Shown: piece after piece, positions 1-13,500 of the stretch
Layout of the letters: each line of letters opens with the position of its first letter
Numbering within the stretch: position 1 is the stretch's first letter
NCBI RefSeq assembly: GCF_009914755.1
Contig: NC_060944.1
DNA: 64,000 nt
Direction: 5' to 3' (one strand)
Source of the DNA: the human T2T-CHM13v2.0 reference genome, Homo sapiens
Made by a program: the position numbers and the translations under genes
The notes under the pieces: generated by a model
Told to the model about the DNA's origin: nothing
Seen by the model: the letters and a program-made list of their open reading frames with translations, nothing else
Databases searched by the model: none

Positions 1-810
1 AAGCATCCTCAGAAACTGCTTTGTGATATGTGTAGTCAACTCACGGAGTTGAAACTTGGTTTTGATGCAGCAGTTTTGAGACACTCTTTTGTTAGAATCT
101 TCAAGTGGATATTTGGATAGCTTTGAGGCTTTCAGTGGAAACGGGAATATCTACAGATAAGAACTAGACAGAAGCATTCTCAGAAAGTTCTTTATGAAGT
201 TCGCATTCAACTCACAGAGTTGTACCTTCCTTTTCACACAGCAGTTTCGAGACATTCTTTTTGTAGATTCTGCAAGTGGACATTTGGAGTGATTTGAGAC
301 ATAGGGTGAAAAAGGAATATCTTCCCATAAAAAGTAGACAGAAGCATTCTCAGAAACGAGTTTCTGATTTGTGTACTCAACTCACAGAGTTAAACCTTTC
401 CTATGATACAGCAGTTTGGAAACACTCTTCTTGTAGAATTTACAAGCGGATATAAGGACAGCAGTGAGGATTTCATCGGAAACGGAATATCTTCACATAA
501 AAGTAGACAGAAGCATTCTCAGAAAGTTCTGTGTAATGTGTGCATTCAACTCACAGAGTTGAAACTTTCTTTTGATAGAGCAGATTGGAATCCCTCTTTT
601 TGCAGAATTTGCAAGTGGATATCTAGACAGCTTTGAGGCCTTCCCTGGAAACGAGTGTATCTTCACATAAACACTAGACAGAAGCATCCTCAGAAACTTG
701 TTGGTGATGCTTGCATTCAACTCACAGAATTGAACATTTCTTTTCCTAGAGCAGTTTTGAAACACTCTTTTTGTAGTATCTGGAAGTGGACATTTGGAGC
801 ACTTTGAGGC

Positions 811-827
811 CTAGGGTGAAAAAGGAA
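811..827 (+). promoter_or_regulatory. A-box / pJ-alpha-like motif (example in m5; related motifs in m2, m7, m9 and m11 of each HOR)
   Basis: CTAGGGTGAAAAAGGAA sits at the position equivalent to the CENP-B box and matches the A-type monomer motif CTAYGGTGRAAAAGGAA with one mismatch. Confidence 0.75.
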
Positions 828-1665
828 ATAGCTTCACATAAAAACTAGACAGAAGCATTCTCTGAAACTTCTTTGTGATGTGTGTACTCAACTCACAGAG
901 TTGAACTTATCTTCTCATAGATCAGATTTGAAACCCTCTTTTTGTAGAGTCTGCAAGTGCATATTTGGATAGCTTTGAGGATTTCATTGGAATCGGGAAT
1001 ATCTTCCCATAAAAACTAGAAAGAAGCATTCTCAGAAATTTCTTTGTGATGCTTGCATTCAACTCACAGAGTTGAACATTCCCTTTCATACAGCAGTTTG
1101 GAAACACTCTTTTTGTAGTATCTGGAAGTGGACCTTTGGAGCGCTTTGAGGTCTCGGGTGAAAAAGGAAATATCCTCACCTAAAAACTAGACAGAAGCAT
1201 TCTCAGAAACTTCTTTGTGATGTGTGTAGTCAACTCACAGAGTTGAACCTTTCTTTTCATACAGCAGTTTTGAAACACTCTTTTTGTAGAATCTGCAAGT
1301 GGTTATTTTGATAGCTTTGAGGCTTTCATTGGAAACGGGAATGTCTTCACATAAAAACTAGACAGAAGCATTCTCAGAAACTTCTTTATGAAGTTTGCAT
1401 TCAACTCACAGAGTTGAACTTTCCGTTCCATACAGCAGTTTTGAAACTCTCTTTTTCTAGAATCTGTAAGTGGAAACTTGGAGCGCTTCGAGGCCTATGG
1501 TGAAAAAGGGAATATCTTCCCATAAAAAGTAGACAGAAGAATTCTCAGTAACTACTTTGTGATGTGTGTACTCAACTCACGGAGTTGAACTTTTCTTTTG
1601 AAAGAGAAGTTTTGAAACACCCTTTTTGTAGAATCTGCAAATGGGTATGTAGCCTGCTTTGAGGC

Positions 1666-1682
1666 CTTCATTGGAAACGGGA
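1666..1682 (+). promoter_or_regulatory. Degenerate (predicted non-binding) CENP-B box, example in m10; similar in m1, m3, m4, m6 and m8
   Basis: CTTCATTGGAAACGGGA versus canonical YTTCGTTGGAARCGGGA: the essential G of TTCG is replaced by A. Confidence 0.9.
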
Positions 1683-4600
1683 ATATCTTCACATAAAACT
1701 AGACAGAAGCATTCTCAGAAACTTCGTTGTGATGTGTGCATTCAACTCCCAGAGTTGAACCTCTCTTTTGATAGAGCAGTTCTGAAACAATCTTTTTGTG
1801 GTATCCGGAAGTGGACGTTTGGAGCGATTCGAGGCCTATGGTGAAAAAGGCAATATCTTCACCTAAAAACTAGACAGAAGCATCCTCAGAAACTGCTTTG
1901 TGATATGTGTAGTCAACTCACGGAGTTGAAACTTTGTTTTGATGCAGCAGTTTTGAGACACTCTTTTGTTAGAATCTTCAAGTGGATATTTGGATAGCTT
2001 TGAGGCTTTCATTGGAAACGGGAATATCTACACATAAGAACTAGACAGAAGCATTCTCAGAAAGTTCTTTATGAAGTTCGCATTCAACTCACAGAGTTGT
2101 ACCTTCCTTTTCACACAGTAGTTTTGAGACATTCTTTTTGTAGATTCTGCAAGTGGACATTTGGAGTGATTTGAGACATAGGGTGAAAAAGGAATATCTT
2201 CCCATAAAAAGTAGACAGAAGCATTCTCAGAAACGAGTTTCTGATTTGTGTACTCAACTCACAGAGTTAAACCTTTCCTATGATACAGCAGTTTGGAAAC
2301 ACTCTTCTTGTAGAATTGACAAGCGGATATAAGGACAGCAGTGAGGATTTCATCGGAAACGGAATATCTTCACATAAAAGTAGACAGAAGCATTCTCAGA
2401 AAGTTCTGTGTAATGTGTGCATTCAACTCACAGAGTTGAAACTTTCTTTTGATAGAGCAGATTGGAATCCCTCTTTTCGTAGAATTTGCAAGTGGATATC
2501 TAGACAGCTTTGAGGCCTTCCCTGGAAACGAGTGTATCTTCACATAAACACTAGACAGAAGCATCCTCAGAAACTTGTTGGTGATGCTTGCATTCAACTC
2601 ACAGAATTGAACATTTCTTTTCCTAGAGCAGTTTTGAAACACTCTTTTTGTAGTATCTGGAAGTGGACATTTGGAGCACTTTGAGGCCTAGGGTGAAAAA
2701 GGAAATAGCTTCACATAAAAACTAGACAGAAGCATTCTCTGAAACTTCTTTGTGATGTGTGTACTCAACTCACAGAGTTGAACTTATCTTCTCATAGATC
2801 AGATTTGAAACCCTCTTTTTGTAGAGTCTGCAAGTGCATATTTGGATAGCTTTGAGGATTTCATTGGAATCGGGAATATCTTCCCATAAAAACTAGAAAG
2901 AAGCATTCTCAGAAATTTCTTTGTGATGCTTGCATTCAACTCACAGAGTTGAACATTCCCTTTCATACAGCAGTTTGGAAACACTCTTTTTGTAGTATCT
3001 GGAAGTGGACCTTTGGAGCGCTTTGAGGCCTAGGGTGAAAAAGGAAATATCCTCACCTAAAAACTAGACAGAAGCATTCTCAGAAACTTCTTTGTGGTGT
3101 GTGTAGGCAACTCACAGAGTTGAACCTTTCTTTTGATACAGCAGTTTTGAAACACTCTTTTTGTAGAATCTGCAAGTGGTTATTTTGATAGCTTTGAGGC
3201 TTTCACTGGAAACGGGAATGTCTTCACATAAAAACTAGACAGAAGCATTCTCAGAAACTTCTTTATGAAGTTTGCATTCAACTCACAGAGTTGAACTTTC
3301 CGTTCCATACAGCAGTTTTGAAACTCTCTTTTTCTAGAATCTGTAAGTGGAAACTTGGAGCGCTTCGAGGCCTATGGTGAAAAAGGGAATATCTTCCCCT
3401 AAAAAGTAGACAGAAGAATTCTCAGTAACTACTTTGTGATGTGTGTACTCAACTCACGGAGTTGAACTTTTCTTTTGAGAGAGAAGTTTTGAAACACCCT
3501 TTTTGTAGAATCTGCAAATGGGTATGTAGCCTGCTTTGAGGCCTTCATTGGAAACGGGAATATCTTCACATAAAACTAGACAGAAGCATTCTCAGAAACT
3601 TCGTTGTGATGTGTGCATTCAACTCCCAGAGTTGAACCTCTCTTTTGATAGAGCAGTTCTGAAACAATCTTTTTGTGGTATCCGGAAGTGGACGTTTGGA
3701 GCGATTTGAGGCCTATGGTGAAAAAGGCAATATCTTCACCTAAAAACTAGACAGAAGCATCCTCAGAAACTGCTTTGTGATATGTGTAGTCAACTCACGG
3801 AGTTGAAACTTGGTTTTGATGCAGCAGTTTTGAGACACTCTTTTGTTAGAATCTTCAAGTGGATATTTGGATAGCTTTGAGGCTTTCATTGGAAACGGGA
3901 ATATCTACAGATAAGAACTAGACAGAAGCATTCTCAGAAAGTTCTTTATGAAGTTCGCATTCAACTCACAGAGTTGTACCTTCCTTTTCACACAGCAGTT
4001 TCGAGACATTCTTTTTGTAGATTCTGCAAGTGGACATTTGGAGTGATTTGAGACATAGGGTGAAAAAGGAATATCTTCTCATAAAAAGTAGACAGAAGCA
4101 TTCTCAGAAACGAGTTTCTGATTTGTGTACTCAACTCACAGAGTTAAACCTTTCCTATGATACAGCAGTTTGGAAACACTCTTCTTGTAGAATTTACAAG
4201 CGGATATAAGGACAGCAGTGAGGATTTCATCGGAAACGGAATATCTTCACATAAAAGTAGACAGAAGCATTCTCAGAAAGTTCTGTGTAATGTGTGCATT
4301 CAACTCACAGAGTTGAAACTTTCTTTTGATAGAGCAGATTGGAATCCCTCTTTTTGTAGAATTTGCAAGTGGATATCTAGACAGCTTTGAGGCCTTCCCT
4401 GGAAACGAGTGTATCTTCACATAAACACTAGACAGAAGCATCCTCAGAAACTTGTTGGTGATGCTTGCATTCAACTCACAGAATTGAACATTTCTTTTCC
4501 TAGAGCAGTTTTGAAACACTCTTTTTGTAGTATCTGGAAGTGGACATTTGGAGCACTTTGAGGCTAGGGTGAAAAAGGAAATAGCTTCACATAAAAACTA

Positions 4601-7507
4601 GACAGAAGCATTCTCTGAAACTTCTTTGTGATGTGTGTACTCAACTCACAGAGTTGAACTTATCTTCTCATAGATCAGATTTGAAACCCTCTTTTTGTAG
4701 AGTCTGCAAGTGCATATTTGGATAGCTTTGAGGATTTCATTGGAATCGGGAATATCTTCCCATAAAAACTAGAAAGAAGCATTCTCAGAAATTTCTTTGT
4801 GATGCTTGCATTCAACTCACAGAGTTGAACATTCCCTTTCATACAGCAGTTTGGAAACACTCTTTTTGTAGTGTCTGGAAGTGGACCTTTGGAGCGCTTT
4901 GAGGCCTAGGGTGAAAAAGGAAATATCCTCACCTAAAAACTAGACAGAAGCATTCTCAGAAACTTCTTTGTGATGTGTGTAGTCAACTCACAGAGTTGAA
5001 CCTTTGTTTTGATACAGCAGTTTTGAAACACTCTTTTTGTAGAATCTGCAAGTGGTTATTTTGATAGCTTTGAGGCTTTCACTGGAAACGGGAATGTCTT
5101 CACATAAAAACTAGACAGAAGCATTCTCAGAAACTTCTTTATGAAGTTTGCATTCAACTCACAGAGTTGAACTTTCCGTTCCATACAGCAGTTTTGAAAC
5201 TCTCTTTTTCTAGAATCTGTAAGTGGAAACTTGGAGCGCTTCGAGGCCTATGGTGAAAAAGGGAATATCTTCCCATAAAAAGTAGACAGAAGAATTCTCA
5301 GTAACTACTTTGTGAGGTGTGTACTCAACTCACGGAGTTGAACTTTTCTTTTGAAAGAGAAGTTTTGAAACACCCTTTTTGTAGAATCTGCAAATGGGTA
5401 TGTAGCCTGCTTTGAGGCCTTCATTGGAAACGGGAATATCTTCACATAAAACTAGACAGAAGCATTCTCAGAAACTTCGTTGTGATGTGTGCATTCAACT
5501 CCCAGAGTTGAACCTCTCTTTTGATAGAGCAGTTCTGAAACAATCTTTTTGTGGTATCCGGAAGTGGACGTTTGGAGCGATTCGAGGCCTATGGTGAAAA
5601 AGGCAATATCTTCACCTAAAAACTAGACAGAAGCATCCTCAGAAACTGCTTTGTGATATGTGTAGTAAACTCACGGAGTTGAAACTTTGTTTTGATGCAG
5701 CAGTTTTGAGACACTCTTTTGTTAGAATCTTCAAGTGGATATTTGGATAGCTTTGAGGCTTTCATTGGAAACGGGAATATTTACACATAAGAACTAGACA
5801 GAAGCATTCTCAGAAAGTTCTTTATGAAGTTCGCATTCAACTCACAGAGTTGTACCTTCCTTTTCACACAGCAGTTTTGAGACATTCTTTTTGTAGATTC
5901 TGCAAGTGGACATTTGGAGTGATTTGAGACATAGGGTGAAAAAGGAATATCTTCCCATAAAAAGTAGACAGAAGCATTCTCAGAAACGAGTTTCTGATTT
6001 GTGTACTCAACTCACAGAGTTAAACCTTTCCTATGATACAGCAGTTTGGAAACACTCTTCTTGTAGAATTGACAAGCGGATATAAGGACAGCAGTGAGGA
6101 TTTCATCGGAAAAGGAATATCTTCACATAAAAGTAGACAGAAGCATTCTCAGAAAGTTCTGTGTAATGTGTGCATTCAACTCACAGAGTTGAAACTTTCT
6201 TTTGATAGAGCAGATTGGAATCCCTCTTTTCGTAGAATTTGCAAGTGGATATCTAGACAGCTTTGAGGCCTTCCCTGGAAACGAGTGTATCTTCACATAA
6301 ACACTAGACAGAAGCATCCTCAGAAACTTGTTGGTGATGCTTGCATTCAACTCACAGAATTGAACATTTCTTTTCCTAGAGCAGTTTTGAAACACTCTTT
6401 TTGTAGTATCTGGAAGTGGACATTTGGAGCACTTTGAGGCCTAGGGTGAAAAAGGAAATAGCTTCACATAAAAACTAGACAGAAGCATTCTCTGAAACTT
6501 CTTTGTGATGTGTGTACTCAACTCACAGAGTTGAACTTATCTTCTCATAGATCAGATTTGAAACCCTCTTTTTGTAGAGTCTGCAAGTGCATATTTGGAT
6601 AGCTTTGAGGATTTCATTGGAATCGGGAATATCTTCCCATAAAAACTAGAAAGAAGCATTCTCAGAAATTTCTTTGTGATGCTTGCATTCAACTCACAGA
6701 GTTGAACATTCCCTTTCATACAGCAGTTTGGAAACACTCTTTTTGTAGTGTCTGGAAGTGGACCTTTGGAGCGCTTTGAGGCCTAGGGTGAAAAAGGAAA
6801 TATCCTCACCTAAAAACTAGACAGAAGCATTCTCAGAAACTTCTTTGTGATGTGTGTAGTCAACTCACAGAGTTGAACCTTTCTTTTGATACAGCAGTTT
6901 TGAAACACTCTTTTTGTAGAATCTGCAAGTGGTTATTTTGATAGCTTTGAGGCTTTCACTGGAAACGGGAATGTCTTCACATAAAAACTAGACAGCAGCA
7001 TTCTCAGAAACTTCTTTATGAAGTTTGCATTCAACTCACAGAGTTGAACTTTCCGTTCCATACAGCAGTTTTGAAACTCTCTTTTTCTAGAATCTGTAAG
7101 TGGAAACTTGGAGCGCTTCGAGGCCTATGGTGAAAAAGGGAATATCTTCCCCTAAAAAGTAGACAGAAGAATTCTCAGTAACTACTTTGTGATGTGTGTA
7201 CTCAACTCACGGAGTTGAACTTTTCTTTTGAAAGAGAAGTTTTGAAACACCCTTTTTGTAGAATCTGCAAATGGGTATGTAGCCTGCTTTGAGGCCTTCA
7301 TTGGAAACGGGAATATCTTCACATAAAACTAGACAGAAGCATTCTCAGAAACTTCGTTGTGATGTGTGCATTCAACTCCCAGAGTTGAACCTCTCTTTTG
7401 ATAGAGCAGTTCTGAAACAATCTTTTTGTGGTATCCGGAAGTGGACGTTGGGGGCGATTTGAGGCCTATGGTGAAAAAGGCAATATCTTCACCTAAAATC
7501 TAGACAG

Positions 7508-10500
7508 AAGCATCCTCAGAAACTGCTTTGTGATATGTGTAGTCAACTCACGGAGTTGAAACTTTGTTTCATGCAGCAGTTTTGAGACACTCTTTTGTTA
7601 GCATCTTCAAGTGGATATTTGGATAGCTTTGAGGCTTTCATTGGAAACGGGAATATCTACACATAAGAACTAGACAGAAGCATTCTCAGAAAGTTCTTTA
7701 TGAAGTTCGCATTCAACTCACAGAGTTGTACCTTGCTTTTCACACAGCAGTTTTGAGACATTCTTTTTGTAGATTCTGCAAGTGGACATTTGGAGTGATT
7801 TGAGACATAGCGTGAAAAAGGAATATCTTCCAATAAAAAGTAGACAGAAGCATTCTCAGAAACGAGCTTCTGATTTGTGTACTCAACTCACAGAGTTAAA
7901 CCTTTCCTATGATACAGCAGTTTGGAAACACTCTTCTTGTAGAATTGACAAGCGGATATAAGGACAGCAGTGAGGATTTCATCGGAAACGGAATATCTTC
8001 ACATAAAAGTAGACAGAAGCATTCTCAGAAAGTTCTGTGTAATGTGTGCATTCAACTCACAGAGTTGAAACTTTCTTTTGATAGAGCAGATTGGAATCCC
8101 TCTTTTTGTAGAATTTGCAAGTGGATATCTAGACAGCTTTGAGGTCTTCCCTGGAAACGAGTGTATCTTCACATAAACACTAGACAGAAGCATCCTCAGA
8201 AACTTGTTGGTGATGCTTGCATTCAACTCACAGAATTGAACATTCCTTTTCCTAGAGCAGTTTTGAAACACTCTTTTTGTAGTATCTGGAAGTGGACATT
8301 TGGAGCACTTTGAGGCCTAATGTGAAAAAGGAAATATCTTCACATAAAAACTAGACAGAAGCATTCTCTGAAACTTCTTTGTGATGTGTGTACTCAACTC
8401 ACAGAGTTGAACTTATCTTCTCATAGATCAGATTTGAAACCCTCTTTTTGTAGAGTCTGCAAGTGCATATTTGGATACCTTTGAGGATTTCATTGGAATC
8501 GGGAATATCTTCCCATAAAAACTAGAAAGAAGCATTCTCAGAAATTTCTTTGTGATGCTTGCATTCAACTCACAGAGTTGAACATTCCCTTTCATACAGC
8601 AGTTTGGAAACACTCTTTTTGTAGTGTCTGGAAGTGGACATTTGGAGCGCTTTGAGGCCTAGGGTGAAAAAGGAAATATCCTCACCTAAAAACTAGACAG
8701 AAGCATTCTCAGAAACATCTTTGTGGTGTGTGTAGTCAACTCACAGAGTTGAACCTTTCTTTTGATACAGCAGTTTTGAAACACTCTTTTTGTAGAATCT
8801 GCAAGTGGTTATTTTGATAGCTTTGAGGCTTTCACTGGAAACGGGAATGTCTTCACATAAAAACTAGACAGAAGCATTCTCAGAAACTTCTTTATGAAGT
8901 TTGCATTCAACTGACAGAGTTGAACTTTCCGTTCCATACAGCAGTTTTGAAACTCTGTTTTTCTAGAATCTGTAAGTGGAAACTTGGAGTGCTTCGAGGC
9001 CTATGGTGAAAAAGGGAATATCTTCCCATAAAAAGTAGACAGAAGAATTCTCAGTAACTACTTTGTGATGTGTGTACTCAACTCACGGATTTGAACTTTT
9101 CTTTTGAAAGAGAAGTTTTGAAACACCCTTTTTGTAGAATCTGCAAATGGGTATGTAGCCTGCTTTGAGGCCTTCATTGGAAACGGGAATATCTTCACAT
9201 AAAACTAGACAGAAGCATTCTCAGAAACTTCGTTGTGATGTGTGCATTCAACTCCCAGAGTTGAACCTCTCTTTTGATAGAGCAGTTCTGAAACAATCTT
9301 TTTGTGGTATCCGGAACTGGACGTTTGGAGCGATTCGAGGCCTATGGTGAAAAAGGCAATATCTTCACCTAAAAACTAGACAGAAGCATCCTCAGAAACT
9401 GCTTTGTGATATGTGTAGTCAACTCACGGAGTTGAAACTTTGTTTTGATGCAGCAGTTTTGAGACACTCTTTTGTTAGAATCTTCAAGTGGATATTTGGA
9501 TAGCTTTGAGGCTTTCATTGGAAACGGGAATATCTACACATAAGAACTAGACAGAAGCATTCTCAGAAAGTTCTTTATGAAGTTCGCATTCAACTCACAG
9601 AGTTGTACCTTCCTTTTCACACAGCAGTTTTGAGACATTCTTTTTGTAAATTCTGCAAGTGGACATTTGGAGTGATTTGAGACATAGGGTGAAAAAGGAA
9701 TATCTTCTCATAAAAAGTAGACAGAAGCATTCTCAGAAACGAGTTTCTGATTTGTGTACTCAACTCACAGAGTTAAACCTTTCCTATGATACAGCAGTTT
9801 GGAAACACTCTTCTTGTAGAATTTACAGGCGGATATAAGGACAGCAGTGAGGATTTCATCGGAAACGGAATATCTTCACATAAAAGTAGACAGAAGCATT
9901 CTCAGAAAGTTCTTTGTAATGTGTGCATTCAACTCACAGAGTTGAAATTTTCTTTTGATAGAGCAGATTGGAAGCCCTCTTTTTGTAGAATTTGCAAGTG
10001 GATATCTGGACAGCTTTGAGGCCTTCCGTGGAAACGAGTGTATCTTCACATAAACACTAGACAGAAGCATCCTCAGAAACTTGTTGGTGATGCTTGCATT
10101 CAACTCACAGAATTGAACATTTCTTTTCCTAGAGCAGTTTTGAAACACTCTTTTTGTAGTATCTGGAAGTGGACATTTGGAGCACTTTGAGGCCTAGGGT
10201 GAAAAAGGAAATATCTTCACATAAAAACTAGACAGAAGCATTCTCTGAAACGTTTTGTGATGTGTGTACTCAACTCACAGAGTTGAACTTATCTTCTCAT
10301 AGATCAGATTTGAAACCCTCTTTTTGTAGAGTCTGCAAGTGCATATTTGGGTAGCTTTGAGGATTTCATTGGAAACGGGAATATCTTCCCATAAAAACTA
10401 GAAAGAAGCATTCTCAGAAATTTCTTTGTGATGCTTGCATTCAACTCACAGAGTTGAACATTCCCTTTCATACAGCAGTTTGGAAACACTCTTTTTGTAG

Positions 10501-13500
10501 TATCTGGAAGTGGACCTTTGGAGCGCTTTGAGGTCTAGGGTGAAAAAGGAAATATCCTCACCTAAAAACTAGACAGAAGCATTCTCAGAAACTTCTTTGT
10601 GATGTGTGTAGTCAACTCACAGAGTTGAACCTTTCTTTTGATACAGCAGTTTTGAAACACTCTTTTTGTAGAATCTGCAAGTGGTTATTTTGATAGCTTT
10701 GAGGCTTTCACTGGAAACGGGAATGTCTTCACATAAAAACTAGACAGAAGCATTCTCAGAAACTTCTTTATGAAGTTTGCATTCAACTGACAGAGTTGAA
10801 CTTTCCGTTCCATACAGTAGTTTTGAAACTCTCTTTTTCTAGAATCTGTAAGTGGAAACTTGGAGCGCTTCGAGGCCTATGGTGAAAAAGGGAATATCTT
10901 CCCCTAAAAAGTAGACAGAAGAATTCTCAGTAACTACTTTGTGATGTGTGTACTCAACTCACGGAGTTGAACTTTTCTTTTGAAAGAGAAGTTTTGAAAC
11001 ACCCTTTTTGTAGAATCTGCAAATGGGTATGTAGTCTGCTTTGAGGCCTTCATTGGAAACGGGAATATCTTCACATAAAACTAGACAGAAGCATTCTCAG
11101 AAACTTCGTTGTGATGTGTGCATTCAACTCCCAGAGTTGAACCTCTCTTTTGATAGAGCAGTTCTGAAACAATCTTTTTGTGGTATCCGGAAGTGGACGT
11201 TGGGAGCGATTTGAGGTCTATGGTGAAAAAGGCAATATCTTCACCTAAAAACTAGACGGAAGCATCCTCAGAAACTGCTTTGTGATATGTGTAGTCAACT
11301 CACGGAGTTGAAACTTGGTTTTAATGCAGCAGTTTTGAGACACTCTTTTGTTAGAATCTTCAATTGGATATTTGGATAGCTTTGAGGCTTTCATTGGAAA
11401 CGGGAATATCTACACATAAGAACTAGACAGAAGCATTCTCAGAAAGTTCTTTATGAAGTTCGCATTCAACTCACAGAGTTGTACCTTCCTTTTCACACAG
11501 CAGTTTTGAGACATTCTTTTTGTAGATTCTGCAAGTGGACATTTGGAGTGATTTGAGACATAGGGTGAAAAAGGAATATCTTCTCATAAAAAGTAGACAG
11601 AAGCATTCTCAGAAACGAGTTTCTGATTTGTGTACTCAACTCACAGAGTTAAACCTTTCCTATGATACAGCAGTTTGGAAACACTCTTCTTGTAGAATTT
11701 ACAAGCGGATATAAGGACAGCAGTGAGGATTTCATCGGAAACGGAATATCTTCACATAAAAGTAGACAGAAGCATTCTCAGAAAGTTCTGTGTAATGTGT
11801 GCATTCAACTCACAGAGTTGAAACTTTCTTTTGATAGAGCAGATTGGAATCCCTCTTTTTGTAGAATTTGCAAGTGGATATCTAGACAGCTTTGAGGCCT
11901 TCCCTGGAAACGAGTGTATCTTCACATAAACACTAGACAGAAGCATCCTCAGAAACTTGTTGGTGATGCTTGCATTCAACTCACAGAATTGAACATTTCT
12001 TTTCCTAGAGCAGTTTTGAAACACTCTTTTTGTAGTATCTGGAAGTGGACATTTGGAGCACTTTGAGGCCTAGGGTGAAAAAGGAAATATCTTCACATAA
12101 AAACTAGACAGAAGCATTCTCTGAAACTTCTTTGTGATGTGTGCACTCAACTCACAGAGTTGAACTTATCTTCTCATAGATCAGATTTGAAACCCTCTTT
12201 TTGTAGAGTCTGCAAGTGCATATTTGGATAGCTTTGAAGATTTCATTGGAAACGGGAATATCTTCCCATAAAAACTAGAAAGAAGCATTCTCAGAAACTT
12301 CTTTGTGATGCTTGCATTCAACTCACAGAGTTGAAAATTCCCTTTCACACAGCAGTTTTGAAACACTCTTTTTGTAGTATCTGGAAGTGGACCTTTGGAG
12401 CGCTCTGAGGCCTAGGGTGAAAAAGGAAATATCCTCACTTAAAAACTAGACAGAAGTATTCTCAGAAACTTCTTTGTGATGTGTGTAGTCAACTCACAGA
12501 GTTGAACCTTTCTTTTGATACAGCAGTTTTGAAACACTCTTTTTGTAGAATCTGCAAGTGGTTATTTTGATAGCTTTGAGGCTTTCATTGGAAACGGGAA
12601 TATCTTCACATAAAAACTAGACAGAAGCATTCTCAGAAACTTCTTTATGAAGTTTGCATTCAACTCACAGAGTTGAACATTCCGTTCCATACAGCAGTTT
12701 TGAAACTCTCTTTTTCTAGAATCTGTAAGTGGAAACTTGGAGCGCTTCGAGGCCTATGGTGAAAAAGGGAATATCTTCCCATAAAAAGTAGACAGAAGAA
12801 TTCTCAGTAACTGCTTTGTGATGTGTGTACTCAACTCACAGAGTTGAACTTTTCGTTTGAAAGAGAAGTTTTGAAACACCCTTTTTGTAGAATCTGCAAA
12901 TGGGTATGAAGCCTGCTTTGAGGCCTTCATTTGAAACGGGAATATCTTCACATAAAACTAGACAGAAGCATTCTCAGAAACTTCGTTGTGATGTGTGCAT
13001 TCAACTCCCAGAGTTGAACCTCTCTTTTGATAGAGCAGTTCTGAAACAATCATTTTGTGTATCTGGAAGTGGACGTTTGGAGCGATTCGGGGCCTATGGT
13101 GAAAAAGGCAATATCTTCACCTAAAAACTAGACAGAAGCATTCTCAGAAACTGCTTTGTGATATATGTAGTCAACTCACGGAGTTGAAACTTTGTTTTGA
13201 TGCAGCAGTTTTGAAACACTCTTTTTGTTAGAATCTTCAAGTGGATATTTGGATAGCTTTGAGGCTTTCATTGGAAACGGGAATATCTACACATAAGAAC
13301 TAGACAGAAGCATTCTCAGAAAGTTCTTTATGAAGTTCGCATTCAACTCACAGAGTTGTACCTTCCTTTTCACACAGTAGCTTTGAGACATTCTTTTTGA
13401 AGAATCTGCAAGTGGACATTTGGAGTGATTTGAGACATAGGGTGAAAAAGGAATATCTTCCCATAAAAAGTAGACAGAAGCATTCTCAGAAACGACTTTC

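Larger units (their letters stand above)
1..1877 (+). repeat. Unit 11-mer HOR (1877 bp); dimeric SF2/SF02-like monomers; box order B-A-B-B-A-B-A-B-A-B-A
   Basis: Monomer starts at about 1, 172, 343, 511, 682, 853, 1024, 1195, 1366, 1537 and 1707; the next HOR starts at 1878. The repeated spurious ORF 'MIQQF...' recurs at 403, 2280, 4157 etc. (period 1876-1878). D1-like GATAGCTTTGAGGATTTC (m6) and D2-like GAACATTCCCTTTCATA (m7) motifs are present. The period is certain; the suprachromosomal family is inferred. Confidence 0.93.

Noticed and set aside
546-563. Dyad TTCAACTCACAGAGTTGAA able to form a hairpin
   Set aside because: It is a standard feature of the alpha-satellite consensus present in most monomers; it is not a terminator and not specific to this array.
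1722-1738. CTTCGTTGTGATGTGTG in m11 resembles the start of a CENP-B box
   Set aside because: It lacks the essential A at position 10 and the CGGG, and lies at a non-box position of the monomer.
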